Source: an uncultured Actinomycetota bacterium (GTDB lineage: Bacteria; Actinomycetota; Actinomycetes; JAFAQI01). Taken from it: a stretch of DNA of 64,000 nucleotides. This document shows, piece after piece, positions 1 to 10,016 of the stretch (position 1 is the stretch's first letter; each line of letters begins with the position of its first letter). Where the stretch lies: assembly GCA_963770565.1 (NCBI GenBank), contig CAVYQE010000001.1, positions 1,248,001 through 1,312,000 of the forward strand, in the 5' to 3' direction. Below the pieces are notes generated by a model. It ran no database searches and was not told the DNA's origin. It was given only the letters and a program-made list of their open reading frames with translations. A program made the translations under genes and the position numbers.

Positions 1-1569
1 GTCAGCCTCCAAGCTGGCGCTTTCGACCTCGCGGACAAGTTGCTCGCAACAGCCGAGGTGGGTCCGCTCGATGAGCTCCAGCACACCCGGATGGATCTGC
101 TCCGTGCGGAAGCCGCTTCATCACAGAATCGCGGTAGTGACGCTCCCGGGCCGCTGCTGGCGGCCGCGGCGGCGCTCGAGCGAACCGATCCGACGATGGC
201 GCGCGACGCTTATCTCGACGCATGGAGCGCTGCGCTGTTTGCCGGCGGCCTGGCGAGCGCGGGCGGCCTGGTGGAGGTTTCTCGCGCAGCTCAGGTCGCC
301 GTACGCCCACGCAGACCGGTACGTTCCGCGGACCTGCTGCTCGGCGGGTTGTCGAGGCTCGTCACCGACGGGCGCACAGCAGCGAGCCCGGTGCTCGCCC
401 GGGCGGCGGCCCGATTCGCCGGCGGCACTGCACAGCCCGACGAGGTGCTCAGGTGGGGCTGGCTCGCCACCACCGCCGCGCTGGCGGTTTGGGACTACGA
501 CTCCGCCCTCGCCAACGCGACCCGGGCCGCAGAGCTTGCACGTGACGCGGGGGCGCTCAGCGTGCTCGCGGTAAGTGTCAACGCGCTCGCGCAATCGGCG
601 GTCCTTGGCGGCGACTTCGGGATGGCCGCGACGCTGATTGCTGAAGCCGACGTCGTCGTCGAAGCAACCGGCACTCGGCTTGCGCCGTACGGCGCTGTTG
701 CGCTTGCGGGCTTCCGGGGCCGGCAAGTGGACGCCGACCGGTTGATCGATGCCACCATCCGTGAGGCGACCGCTGGTGGGCAGGGCACCGCGGTCCAGCA
801 CGCCCACTGGGCGCGCTCGGTCGTCCTCAACGGTCTCGGACAGTACGGACAGGCGCTGGTGGCGGCGCGTGCGGCGAGCGACGATACGCCCGAGCTGTCG
901 GTCGCTTCGTGGGCACTGAGCGAGCTGGTGGAGGCGGCCATGCGAAGCGGGCAGCACGCGCTAGCCGATGACGCGGTCGCCCGAATAGGCGATCACGCCG
1001 GCGCCAGCAAGTCGGATTGGGCGAGTGGTGTGCGCTCGCGCGCTCGCGCCCTGGTGAGCGACGGGGGGTCGGCCGAAGGCCTCTACCTGGAAGCGATCGA
1101 CGCCTTCGGCCGAACCCAGCTTCGCCCGGAGCTGGCCCGTACGCACCTCCTCATCGGTGAGTGGCTGCGCCGTGAGGGGCGGCGGGTCGACGCACAGCAT
1201 CACCTCAGGACCGCCCACGGCATGTTCGCCTCCATCGGCATGGAGGCGTTCGCCGAGCGCACTCGCCGCGAGCTCAGTGCGACCGGCGAGAAGCTTCGCA
1301 AGCGCAACGTCGCCTCGACCGAGCTCACGCCTCAGGAGATGCAGATCGCGTTGCTGGCGCGTGACGGCCTGACCAACCCCGAGGTTGGGGAGCGGTTGTT
1401 CATCAGCGCGCGCACCGTCGAATGGCACCTGCGCAAGGTGTTCACCAAACTCTCGATTGCCTCGAGGCGCGAACTGCGCAACGCCCTCGCCGACCCTCAG
1501 TACGGGCTGGCACAGACCAGTGCCTCACACGGGCGCGAAGGACCTCTAGCGGTGCGAGCGTGTGGCTGA
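1..1569 (+). CDS. Large LuxR-family (LAL/AAA-LuxR type) transcriptional regulator, 5' part outside window
   Basis: Frame open from base 1; helical repeats then C-terminal LuxR HTH LTPQEMQIALLARDGLTNPEVGERLFISARTVEWHLRKVFTKL. Confidence 0.85.
   Translation, partial: VSLQAGAFDLADKLLATAEVGPLDELQHTRMDLLRAEAASSQNRGSDAPGPLLAAAAALERTDPTMARDAYLDAWSAALFAGGLASAGGLVEVSRAAQVAVRPRRPVRSADLLLGGLSRLVTDGRTAASPVLARAAARFAGGTAQPDEVLRWGWLATTAALAVWDYDSALANATRAAELARDAGALSVLAVSVNALAQSAVLGGDFGMAATLIAEADVVVEATGTRLAPYGAVALAGFRGRQVDADRLIDATIREATAGGQGTAVQHAHWARSVVLNGLGQYGQALVAARAASDDTPELSVASWALSELVEAAMRSGQHALADDAVARIGDHAGASKSDWASGVRSRARALVSDGGSAEGLYLEAIDAFGRTQLRPELARTHLLIGEWLRREGRRVDAQHHLRTAHGMFASIGMEAFAERTRRELSATGEKLRKRNVASTELTPQEMQIALLARDGLTNPEVGERLFISARTVEWHLRKVFTKLSIASRRELRNALADPQYGLAQTSASHGREGPLAVRACG
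1517..1561 (+). promoter_or_regulatory. Operator/promoter motif copy 1 (CCAGTG-N5-CACGGGCGCGA ... TGC-GAGCGT)
   Basis: Same motif at 4279 and 7223; lies upstream of the pyruvate oxidase operon. Confidence 0.6.
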
Positions 1570-1611
1570 TCGAATCGCCGCGAGACCGACCTCACATACA
1601 AGGACAGCGAC

Positions 1612-3363
1612 ATGCCCCGACGCGTAGCCGATGATCTTCTCGACGTACTCGTACAAGCCGGCGTCCATCGGGTCTACGGGCTGGTCGGGGACAGCCTCAA
1701 CGCGTTCAGTGACGCGGTGCGCCGCAGCGGTGGGTCAGCCAACGGCGGCATCGACTGGGTGCACGTCCACAACGAGGAATCCGCCGCCTTCGCGGCGTCG
1801 GCGGAAGCGCAGCTCACCGGTCGGCTGGCGGTGTGCGGGGGGAGTTGCGGCCCTGGCAACACCCACCTGATCCAGGGCGTCATGGACGCGCATCGCTCCG
1901 GTGCCCCTGTCCTCGCGCTTGCCACACATATCCCCAGTCGGCAGATCGGCACCGGGTATTTCCAGGAGACCAAGCCGGAGGCGTTGTACGCGCAGACGAG
2001 TCACTACTGCGAGACGGTCGCCCACCCCGACCAGGTCGTCCGGGTGGCCCGCAGCGCGGTCCAGAACGCGGTCGGCAAGCAAGGTGCGGCTGTCCTCGTG
2101 CTGCCCGGCGACATCCTCGCCGAAAGATCGGATGGCAAGGTCAAGCCGGCGGCGACTGTGCTCGACCGACCGTTGCCCATTCCCGCCGATGGGGCGATCA
2201 CCGAGCTCGCGGACCGCATCAGGGCCGCGGACAAGATCACCATCTTCGGCGGCATCGGCTGCACCAACGCGCGGAAAGAGGTGTTCGAGCTGGCCGGCCT
2301 GCTCAACGCTCCGATCGGGCATACGTTGCGGGGCAAAGACGTCTTGCAGTACGACAACCCGTTCGATGTCGGCATGACCGGGCTGCTCGGGTACGGCAGC
2401 TGTTACCAAGCACTTCACGACGCGGATTTGGTGCTGTTCCTCGGCACCGACTTCCCGTACGACGACTTTCTGCCGGCCTCGAACAATGTCCAGATCGACA
2501 TCGACCCGTCCCGCCTCGGTCGACGAGCACCGATCGTGCAGGGTATTGCGGCCGATCTTCGCCTAACGTTGCAGGCGTTGTTGCCACTGCTCGAGCAACG
2601 GGTGGACCGTGCGTTCCTCGACGACATGCTCCGAGCCCATGAGAAGGCGATCACGCACAGCGTCGACACCTACAGCACCCACGTCAGCAAGCGGCAGCCG
2701 ATCCATCCGGAATACCTGTCCGCGGTCGTCGACGAGGTCGCGGCGAGCGACGCGATCTTCACTGTGGACACCGGGATGTGCTGCACCTGGACCGCCCGCT
2801 ACATGACGCCGAACGGGCATCGACGGCTGATTGGCTCGTTCGATCATGGCGCGATGGCCAACGCGCTACCGATGGCGATCGGCGCCCAGATCTCCCACCC
2901 GGACCGGCAGGTCGTCGCGCTCTGTGGCGACGGCGGGCTGGCCATGTTGCTCGGCGAGCTGCTGACCGCGAAGACCCACAACCTGCCGGTCAAGGTCGTC
3001 GTGTTCAACAACTCCAGCCTCGACATGGTCCGGCTGGAAATGCTTGTTGACGGCGACCCGCCGTTTGAGACCGATCACGACGACGTGGACTACGCCGCGA
3101 TCGCCGCAGCGGCAGGTTTCTTCACCCGTCGAGTCACCGAGCCCGGCGACCTCCATGACGCTGCCAAGGCGGTGTTCAGCCACGATGGGCCGGCGCTCCT
3201 CGACGTCGTCACCACCCCCGATGCGCTCGAGGTGCCGACCCACATCACTCTCCAGGAGACCAAGGGCTTCGCATTGGCTCTCGGCAAGATCGTTCTCGGC
3301 GGCGGGATCGGCGAAGTCGCAAACGTGGCCCGGCTCAACGTGCGCAACATCCCACGACCATGA
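1612..3363 (+). CDS. poxB: ThDP-dependent pyruvate dehydrogenase (quinone)/pyruvate oxidase
   Basis: YGLVGDSLN, HNEESAAFAA, GSCGPGNTHL, GMTGLLG, GDGG..NN ThDP motif; AAGGA RBS. Confidence 0.85.
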   Translation: MPRRVADDLLDVLVQAGVHRVYGLVGDSLNAFSDAVRRSGGSANGGIDWVHVHNEESAAFAASAEAQLTGRLAVCGGSCGPGNTHLIQGVMDAHRSGAPVLALATHIPSRQIGTGYFQETKPEALYAQTSHYCETVAHPDQVVRVARSAVQNAVGKQGAAVLVLPGDILAERSDGKVKPAATVLDRPLPIPADGAITELADRIRAADKITIFGGIGCTNARKEVFELAGLLNAPIGHTLRGKDVLQYDNPFDVGMTGLLGYGSCYQALHDADLVLFLGTDFPYDDFLPASNNVQIDIDPSRLGRRAPIVQGIAADLRLTLQALLPLLEQRVDRAFLDDMLRAHEKAITHSVDTYSTHVSKRQPIHPEYLSAVVDEVAASDAIFTVDTGMCCTWTARYMTPNGHRRLIGSFDHGAMANALPMAIGAQISHPDRQVVALCGDGGLAMLLGELLTAKTHNLPVKVVVFNNSSLDMVRLEMLVDGDPPFETDHDDVDYAAIAAAAGFFTRRVTEPGDLHDAAKAVFSHDGPALLDVVTTPDALEVPTHITLQETKGFALALGKIVLGGGIGEVANVARLNVRNIPRP

Positions 3364-3770
3364 GCGACGACGCGATGGATCCGACTCGGGCCGCGATCGA
3401 GGAGCACTGGCGGGCATCGGAAAGCGGGGACTCCGAGACCGAGCACGCCATCTACGCCGAGGACGCGATTCTCGACTACCCCCAATCAGGTGAGCGGTTC
3501 CGGGGCCGCTCGGCGATCGCGGCGCAACGGGGCGGCCACCCGGCTGATCGGCATTTCACGGTGCTGAGGATCCTTGGCGGTGATGACCTGTGGGTCAGCG
3601 AGTGCATCATCACGTATGACGGCACACCGACGTACTCGGTCAGCGTCATGGAGTTCGTTGTCGCGAAGGTGGCGCACGAGACTCAGTACTTCGCCGACCC
3701 GTTCGGGGCACCGCAGTGGCGGAGCGCGCTTTCCGAACCGATGCCCGGCCGACAGATCCAGCATGCCTAG
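3360..3770 (+). CDS. SnoaL/NTF2-like protein
   Basis: IYAEDAILDYPQSGERFRGR...ETQYFADPF; ATGA overlap with poxB. Confidence 0.8.
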   Translation: MSDDAMDPTRAAIEEHWRASESGDSETEHAIYAEDAILDYPQSGERFRGRSAIAAQRGGHPADRHFTVLRILGGDDLWVSECIITYDGTPTYSVSVMEFVVAKVAHETQYFADPFGAPQWRSALSEPMPGRQIQHA

Positions 3771-4191
3771 TTGCCGTGGGCGGTTGCTGCAGCGCGTCCT
3801 GCCCGAGGACGTCGACTGGGAGCCGTTCCCGTCGTTTCCGCCGGAGGCGCGTCTCGCCGCTGTGGTGGGTGATCCATCAGAGGCCGCTCCGTACGTGGTC
3901 CGGGTCAAGGTCCCGTCCGGCGTGAAGCTGATGCCCCACCGGCACCACGAGGACCGCGTCTACACGGTCATGTCCGGCGTCTTCTACATCGGAGTGGGCG
4001 AACACTTCGATGATGAGAGGCTGGAGGCGTTTCCACCCGGTGCCGTCATCGTGCTGCCCGGCGGTACGCCGCACTTTCACTGGGCGAAGTCGGGTGAGTA
4101 CGTCACCCAGGTGACCGCGACCGGGCCGATCAGCCTGGACTATGTCGACCCGGCCCACGACCCGCGGCAGCATCACGCCGTTTCCGTGTGA
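3763..4191 (+). CDS. Cupin domain protein
   Basis: MPHRHHEDRVYTVMSG and PGGTPHFHW cupin motifs. Confidence 0.8.
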   Translation: MPSCRGRLLQRVLPEDVDWEPFPSFPPEARLAAVVGDPSEAAPYVVRVKVPSGVKLMPHRHHEDRVYTVMSGVFYIGVGEHFDDERLEAFPPGAVIVLPGGTPHFHWAKSGEYVTQVTATGPISLDYVDPAHDPRQHHAVSV

Positions 4192-4267
4192 CGCGCAACT
4201 CCGTGACCGGGGTTCCGGCCGCCGACTTTCGCTGAAGCCGAACGTCCTCAGAAGTGATCGCCACCGC

Positions 4268-4324
4268 CCAGGGTGCGGCCAGTGGTATCCACGGGCGCGA
4301 CCGCACGGCCCGGTCTGCGACCGT
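4268..4324 (+). promoter_or_regulatory. Operator/promoter motif copy 2, leaderless promoter
   Basis: CCAGGG-N5-CCAGTG-N5-CACGGGCGCGA then TGC-GACCGT, 7 nt before ATG 4332. Confidence 0.65.
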
Positions 4325-4331
4325 CGCAGGT

Positions 4332-4931
4332 ATGAGACCTGACATCAGACCAGGCGGCACGTTCCCCGACTACGCTCTGCCGGATCACACCGGCACGGTT
4401 TGCAGTCTCAGCGAGCTGCAGGGCCGCGATCCGCTGATCCTGACCTTGGCGCGCGGCAACTACTGCCCCAAGGAGCATCAGCAGCACCTCGAGCTGGCGG
4501 TCAACTACCCGAAGATTGCGGTCGCCTACACCCAGGTCGCCACGATCGCTACGGACGACCACCACACCTTGCAGGAGTTCCGCGCGTCGGTCGGCGCCCA
4601 GTGGACCTTTCTGTCCGATCCGGAGCGGACGGTTCAGCAGGATCTCGACATCCAGGAGTACACCGACCCCGAGCACAACCCGATGATTCCGCACACACTC
4701 GTGCTCAAGCCGGGACTGGTCGTTCACAGCGTCTACAACGGCTACTGGTTCTGGGGGCGGCCGTCGTTCTACGAGTTGTGGCAGGACCTGAGGGCCGCCA
4801 GCGCCGAGATCCGCCCGGACTGGGACCTGAGTGTCCCCGGGCTCCGCGATGAATGGGACGCGCACGAGTACGCGCACTTTCACGGCTGGGACCGGAAGTC
4901 CGCCGCGTCGATGCCGTCTTCCTATGTATGA
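4332..4931 (+). CDS. Redoxin/AhpC-TSA family protein
   Basis: FPDYALPDHTG, LARGNYCPKE, FLSDPER, YNGYWFWGRPS. Confidence 0.8.
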   Translation: MRPDIRPGGTFPDYALPDHTGTVCSLSELQGRDPLILTLARGNYCPKEHQQHLELAVNYPKIAVAYTQVATIATDDHHTLQEFRASVGAQWTFLSDPERTVQQDLDIQEYTDPEHNPMIPHTLVLKPGLVVHSVYNGYWFWGRPSFYELWQDLRAASAEIRPDWDLSVPGLRDEWDAHEYAHFHGWDRKSAASMPSSYV

Positions 4932-5877
4932 GACGCCCGTTTGCACGATGCTCGGAATTGAGCATCCGATCGTGCAGGCACCCATGGCCGATGTTCCCCA
5001 GCTCGCGGCGGCGGTCTCGAATGCCGGCGCGCTCGGCATGGTGACGCTGACCTGGTCTGCTGATGTCGGTGCGGTCGTTCGCGAGACGAGGGCACTGACG
5101 GATCGGCCGTTCGGCGGCAACCTCGTGCTTACCGAAGATCACCACCGCCGTCTTGACCAGGCCCTAGCGGCGGGCTTGCGGATCGTCTCGTTCATGTGGG
5201 GGGATCCCAGCGGGTACATCAAGACGGTGCACGACGCGGGCGGGATCGTCATGCACACCGTCGGCAGTGCCGAGGAGGCTCGGCGGGCGGTCGGGTCTGG
5301 TGTGGACGTGATCGTCGCGCAGGGCTGGGAGGCCGGCGGGCACGTATGGGGCCGGATCGCCACACTTCCGCTGGTGCCTGCGGTTGTGGACGCGGTGACG
5401 CCGGTGCCGGTGATCGCGGCTGGCGGGATCGGTGACGCTCGTGGTGTCGCCGCAGTGCTTGCCCTGGGCGCCCAGGCGGCGTGGCTCGGAACGCGATTCC
5501 TGCTCGCCGAGGAGATGCCGATCCACGACGACTACCGGCGTCGGCTGATAGCAGCGGACGAGACCGACCCACAGTGGTACCCAGACCTGTATGCGGTCGG
5601 GTGGCCCGACTCTCCCCATCGCGCGCTCCGCAACTCAACTGCCGAGACGTGGGACGCCGCGGGTCGCCCGCCACTCGGGCAGCGGCCAGGGGAGGGAGAC
5701 GTGATCGCGAAGTTCGCCTCCGGCGAGGCAATCGTTCGTTACGAGCCCGCGCCACCGATGACAGGGACGACCGGTGAGATCGAGGCGCTCTCGATGTGGG
5801 CCGGCCAGGACGTCGCGCTGGCGAGGAAGTCACAGCCGGCAGCGGACATCGTGGCCGAGCTCACCTCGCGCCTCTGA
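4924..5877 (+). CDS. Nitronate monooxygenase family flavoprotein
   Basis: HPIVQAPMA, AQGWEAGGH, VIAAGGIGD, GTRFL motifs. Confidence 0.85.
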   Translation: MYETPVCTMLGIEHPIVQAPMADVPQLAAAVSNAGALGMVTLTWSADVGAVVRETRALTDRPFGGNLVLTEDHHRRLDQALAAGLRIVSFMWGDPSGYIKTVHDAGGIVMHTVGSAEEARRAVGSGVDVIVAQGWEAGGHVWGRIATLPLVPAVVDAVTPVPVIAAGGIGDARGVAAVLALGAQAAWLGTRFLLAEEMPIHDDYRRRLIAADETDPQWYPDLYAVGWPDSPHRALRNSTAETWDAAGRPPLGQRPGEGDVIAKFASGEAIVRYEPAPPMTGTTGEIEALSMWAGQDVALARKSQPAADIVAELTSRL

Positions 5878-5916
5878 CCGGGACGGGCGCATATAAGAGG
5901 AGAAGTCGCTCGCGAG

Positions 5917-6363
5917 CTAGGTGAGCGGTGCCCAGCTGTCGGGCCACCAGTCTCCCTGTGGGTCGGTGGTTTGCCCGACCTCGATGATGTAACCGTCGGG
6001 ATCCCGGATGTAGCACCGGATCTCGTACTGGTGCTGCTTCGGCGGTGTCAGGAACTCAGCCCCCCGGGCGCTCCATTCGGCGTACACGGCGTGGATGTCC
6101 GTGACCCGGATGTTGAGGAAGCTGCTGACCCGGTCGGGGTCGCGTGGCGTCTCGAGGGTGACGGTGGGTTTGTCGTCGGTTGGGCCGCCGCCGGCATTGA
6201 TGACGATGAAGCTGTTGGCGAGCGCGACGTTGGTGGGCGCCGGGCCGAAGACCACTCGGCCGCCGAGGACCTCGGTGTAGAAGCGCTGGGAGCGCTCGAC
6301 GTCGTCGGAAACGATGAAGTACGCCACCACCATCTGGTTGGCGGCCTCCGCGAATTCAGTCAC
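5917..6363 (-). CDS. VOC/glyoxalase family protein
   Basis: VSDDVERSQRFYTEVLG...RCYIRDPDGYIIEVGQ; GGAGG RBS. Confidence 0.85.
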   Translation of the reverse strand: MTEFAEAANQMVVAYFIVSDDVERSQRFYTEVLGGRVVFGPAPTNVALANSFIVINAGGGPTDDKPTVTLETPRDPDRVSSFLNIRVTDIHAVYAEWSARGAEFLTPPKQHQYEIRCYIRDPDGYIIEVGQTTDPQGDWWPDSWAPLT

Positions 6364-6396
6364 TGCACCTCCAAGTGTCGCGGCTCATTTCCATCG

Positions 6397-7113
6397 TCAG
6401 TGGCCGGCGATCTGGCCACCATCGATGTGCAGGATTTCGCCGGTGATGAACGACGACGACTCAAGGAACAGGATGCCGTCAACGATGTCGCGGACCTGAC
6501 CCACGTGCCCAACCGGCGGGAGCTGCGTACCCAGCCCGGCGTAGCTCTCGGCCGGATGCACCGGCGTCTGGATGATGCCTGGCGAGACCGCGTTGACCCG
6601 GATGCCGCGGGAGGCGTACTCGATGGCCAGGGACTTGGTGGCCGACGCAAGGCCGCCCTTGGTGAGCGCAGTCAGGACAGCGGGCGCGCTCGAGATGGCG
6701 TAGTCGGCCAGAGTGGTCGTGATGTTGACGACGTGGCCGCCACCGCGTTCCAGCATTTCGGCGATAGCGCGCTGCGTCAGCGTGAAGAAACCGGTGAGGT
6801 TGACGCCGACCACGGCGGCGTAGTCCTCTGCGCTGTAGTCGGTGAACGGTTTGGAGATGTAGATCCCGGCATTGTTCACGAGTGTGTCGATGCGGCCGAA
6901 GCGCTCGAGTGCCCCGCTGATGACCCGGTCGGTGGTGGCAGCATCAGAGATGTCACCGGCAATGGTCAGCAACGTCGGGTCGGCGTCGCCCGTGATGGTC
7001 CGGGACGTAGCCACGACCGCCCACCCCCGCCGGCGATACTCCGCAACCACGCCGGCGCCAATGCCTTGAGAACCCCCCGTGACGATCGCGACCTTGCGAC
7101 GGTGTTCGCTCAT
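6397..7113 (-). CDS. Short-chain dehydrogenase/reductase
   Basis: TGGSQGIG, NNAG, VNAVSPG; the usual catalytic Y of YxxxK is replaced (TALTK). Confidence 0.85.
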   Translation of the reverse strand: MSEHRRKVAIVTGGSQGIGAGVVAEYRRRGWAVVATSRTITGDADPTLLTIAGDISDAATTDRVISGALERFGRIDTLVNNAGIYISKPFTDYSAEDYAAVVGVNLTGFFTLTQRAIAEMLERGGGHVVNITTTLADYAISSAPAVLTALTKGGLASATKSLAIEYASRGIRVNAVSPGIIQTPVHPAESYAGLGTQLPPVGHVGQVRDIVDGILFLESSSFITGEILHIDGGQIAGH

Positions 7114-7123
7114 GACCTTCTTC

Positions 7124-7265
7124 ATTGTGGGGGTCAAAGGTGCCGCGTGGAGCCAGGAGGTGTCCCTGGTCGATCCCTGGTCGCCTCTGGCCTCTGACCT
7201 CTGAGGGCAGGCCAGGGGAGCGCCAGGGAGTTTCACGGGCGCGACCGTTGGGTCGCTGCGAGGAT
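7124..7265. promoter_or_regulatory. Divergent promoter pair with 11-bp-phased CCAGGG repeats (motif copies 3 and 4)
   Basis: Plus: CCAGGG(7212)-CCAGGG(7223)-CACGGGCGCGA(7234), -10-like GAGGAT; minus: CCAGGG at 7175-7180 and 7164-7169, -10-like CACAAT. Confidence 0.6.
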
Positions 7266-7300
7266 TGTGAGCAGGCCGGGGTCACCGAGGAGGTCGCGAG

Positions 7301-7957
7301 ATGGCATCGACGGCAACGATTGGTTACCAGCGCCTGACCCGCGATGAGTCCGCGACGCTGTTCGGCCAAACGATGGGTCTCGTCGCAGTCACGACAGCGA
7401 CGTTCGCCCTGGGTGCCTATGCCGGCCGTAACGTGTCGTCGGGGTGGATGTGGGTCTTCTTCATCGCAGCGTTTGTCACCCTGCTAGGAGTCTCGGCCGC
7501 GAGCCGGCGCTCGGAGTGGGCCGCCGTCGGGCTGCTGCTCGCTTTCGGTGCGCTCATCGGGGCAGCGGTGGCGCCGGTCATTGCCGTCTACGCCAAGGCC
7601 GACCCGCAGGCGCTGTGGGACGCCGGAGGTGCGACCGCGCTGTTCATCGTCGGGTTCGGTGCCGCGGGCTACTCCACTCGACGCGACCTGTCACAGCTGG
7701 GGCGGGTGCTGATCTGGGCCCTGCTCGGGCTGATTCTGTTCGGCCTGATCACCCTCCTTCTCCACGTGCCGAACGGAGACGTCGTGTACGACGTCCTCGG
7801 GCTCGTTATCTTCGCCGGCCTCACTGCGTACGACTTCCAGCGACTACGCCGGGTGAAGGACATCAGAACGGCGCCGCTGCTCGCCGCGTCGATCTTCCTC
7901 GACATCCTGAACGTGTTCCTGCTGTTCCTGTCGTTCGGCGGCCGCGGCGAGCGTTGA
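7301..7957 (+). CDS. Bax inhibitor-1/YccA family membrane protein
   Basis: About 7 hydrophobic helices; YDFQRL and FLDILNVFL motifs; GGAGG RBS. Confidence 0.85.
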   Translation: MASTATIGYQRLTRDESATLFGQTMGLVAVTTATFALGAYAGRNVSSGWMWVFFIAAFVTLLGVSAASRRSEWAAVGLLLAFGALIGAAVAPVIAVYAKADPQALWDAGGATALFIVGFGAAGYSTRRDLSQLGRVLIWALLGLILFGLITLLLHVPNGDVVYDVLGLVIFAGLTAYDFQRLRRVKDIRTAPLLAASIFLDILNVFLLFLSFGGRGER

Positions 7958-7967
7958 CGACAGTCAG

Positions 7968-8220
7968 TCAGTTTTCGTGGTGTGTTCCCGATGTGCGGGA
8001 GGGTGACGTCGTCGGCTGTGTCCAGGGGTCGGCCACTGAGAGTTTGGCGGATTTGACGTGGGTGACGTTTCGGGTCGCGAGGGTGGCCTCGTGCTGCCGG
8101 CAGATCGATGCGATCTGGGCGTCTAGTGCGCTCATTGGCCGGCCGAGTCGCTGACCGGCTGCCACGATGTCGGCGTAATGTCCGCTGGACTCGGCGTCAA
8201 AGGCCAGGACGTAACCCCGG
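7968..8220 (-). pseudogene. PIN/VapC toxin C-terminal remnant
   Basis: VLAFD...GRPMSALDAQIASICRQHEATLATRNV...VADPW; no N-terminal PIN motif. Confidence 0.7.
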
Positions 8221-8392
8221 TACTTCGAACAGCTCACAAACCGCCCGGGAACGGCTGCGACACGACGTAGGGGGTGATTAGACCTGCGCTTCGCGAAGTG
8301 GCATGTGCCGCTCGGCTTGATCACCAACCGCACCCGCCGGTACGACAGAGTAGACGGTTCTGTTCGTTCACGCCGCGTCAGCGGATCCTGCC

Positions 8393-8710
8393 TCAGGTGC
8401 CAGGAAGTGCGCCGAGTTCGGCGCCAGCGAAGGCAGTTGCAATCCGGTCAAGGTGATGCGTCCAAAGTTGATGGTAGAAAGCGTCATCCTCCGCACTCAG
8501 GCCGGAGAACTGGACCTTCACAGTTGTGCTGTCACCGGTCGGGGTGAGGGTGATCTCAATGAGTGCAGGTGTCGGTGTCGCGCTGTCGGGTCCTTGACGG
8601 TTCCATTCCATCACCAGGCGGTGCGGGCGATCTACTTCGATGTAGCGGCCAGTTATCGCAGTCTCGCCGAGGTCAAGGTGGAATGTGTCTCCGGGTCGAG
8701 GAGCCGTCAT
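8393..8710 (-). CDS. SRPBCC/AHSA1-like domain protein, probably N-terminally truncated
   Basis: PRPGDTFHL...GRYIEVDRPHRLVMEW...WTHHLDRI; ATG overlaps upstream SDR stop. Confidence 0.55.
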   Translation of the reverse strand: MTAPRPGDTFHLDLGETAITGRYIEVDRPHRLVMEWNRQGPDSATPTPALIEITLTPTGDSTTVKVQFSGLSAEDDAFYHQLWTHHLDRIATAFAGAELGALPGT

Positions 8711-9627
8711 GAAATGAAACGGTGGATGGCCTCGTTGGCGTTGTCCTGGAATGACGGGTTGGCCAGATCGGGCAAGAAGTCCGCTTGGTTGAGCAACGGA
8801 CCGGTGAGCGTGTTGGCCCCGCTGGCGTAGAACACGCCGCTGCACAGGGTCGGGTCGGTGACCCCGTCGACGAGCCGCTTCGCTCCCACGTCGAGTTTGT
8901 GGGCGAGACCTAGGGCGGGCATGACGTACTTGGCGGCTACCCGCATCGGTAGCGGAAGGTCGCTGGCTGCCTGGGTGCCGGTGGTGTTGCCGGGGCTCAC
9001 GGTGATGAATCGGCGGTCGGGGTGTTGGCGGGCCAGGTAGGCCATCCAGAGGGCCCCGATGTACTTGGCCTGGCCGAACGCCAGGTTGAAGTCAGCTTTT
9101 CTGCTGGCGAAGTAGCTGCCGTCGATGACGGTGGCGAGTTCATCGGCTGAGGTTGAGACGAAGGATGGCCCTTTCATCCGCAACTTCGGAACTCCGCGGA
9201 CTGCTTCACTTCCGGCGAGGACCGCAACCTCGCCAAGCCGGTCATCGGCCAGGAGCCCTTCGAGGAGGACGACGTGGCCGAGGACGTTCGTCGCGAACAC
9301 TGTGGTGACCCCGTCAGCGGTCAAGTCCATCGTCTTCGGGCCAATGACGCCGGCGTTCATGACCAGCGCGTCGATCGATCCGTCGATGGCCGCCAGGCCG
9401 TCGCGAACCGAACCCGGATCGGCAACATCCATGACAACGATGTCGAAGAGGCGCCGCCCGGTCGCGGCTTCGAGCTCGGCCTTTGCCGTTGTCGCCCGAT
9501 CCCGGTTCCGGCACGCCAGGTAGATCCGCGCCATGTCGGGACGTGACGCCAGTTGCCGGGCCACCTCCTTGCCGATCCCGACGTTGGCCCCCGTAATCAG
9601 CACCGTCTTTCCCAGGGGTGTGCTCAT
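8707..9627 (-). CDS. Short-chain dehydrogenase/reductase (retinol DH-like)
   Basis: TGANVGIG, LACRN, MNAG, NVLGH. Confidence 0.8.
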   Translation of the reverse strand: MSTPLGKTVLITGANVGIGKEVARQLASRPDMARIYLACRNRDRATTAKAELEAATGRRLFDIVVMDVADPGSVRDGLAAIDGSIDALVMNAGVIGPKTMDLTADGVTTVFATNVLGHVVLLEGLLADDRLGEVAVLAGSEAVRGVPKLRMKGPSFVSTSADELATVIDGSYFASRKADFNLAFGQAKYIGALWMAYLARQHPDRRFITVSPGNTTGTQAASDLPLPMRVAAKYVMPALGLAHKLDVGAKRLVDGVTDPTLCSGVFYASGANTLTGPLLNQADFLPDLANPSFQDNANEAIHRFIS

Positions 9628-9944
9628 TGGGATGCCCGTTCATCCTCTGTGGGCCTCGGGAGGCCGTCGAGCAAGCTGAAGCGGGCATCCATCGCGACAC
9701 TTCGGACATCGATCAGCCGCTGATATTCAGGCGAGTGGTACCACTTGATGGCCGTCTCATGGTCGGGAAACCGCATGAGTGCCCCTGAAGTGAGCGAGCC
9801 ATCGCCGTGCAGGATCTCCCAGTTACTGTTGGCGAGAGCCTCGCCTCCGTGCTCTTTGGCCGTCTGCCCGGCGTTGGGGCCGTATTTCTCACGATAAACA
9901 TCCGGGTCCTTGACGGTGAATTCGACAATTACGTATGCGCTCAT
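9624..9944 (-). CDS. DUF1330 family protein
   Basis: MSAYVIVEF...HGGE...FPDHETAIKWYHSPEYQ. Confidence 0.8.
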   Translation of the reverse strand: MSAYVIVEFTVKDPDVYREKYGPNAGQTAKEHGGEALANSNWEILHGDGSLTSGALMRFPDHETAIKWYHSPEYQRLIDVRSVAMDARFSLLDGLPRPTEDERASQ

Positions 9945-10016
9945 GTGGATACTCCCGAGTTGTATTCCGGATCTGCGTTCTAGGTCCTCACTGTCAAACG
10001 TCACCGCCAACCGGCG

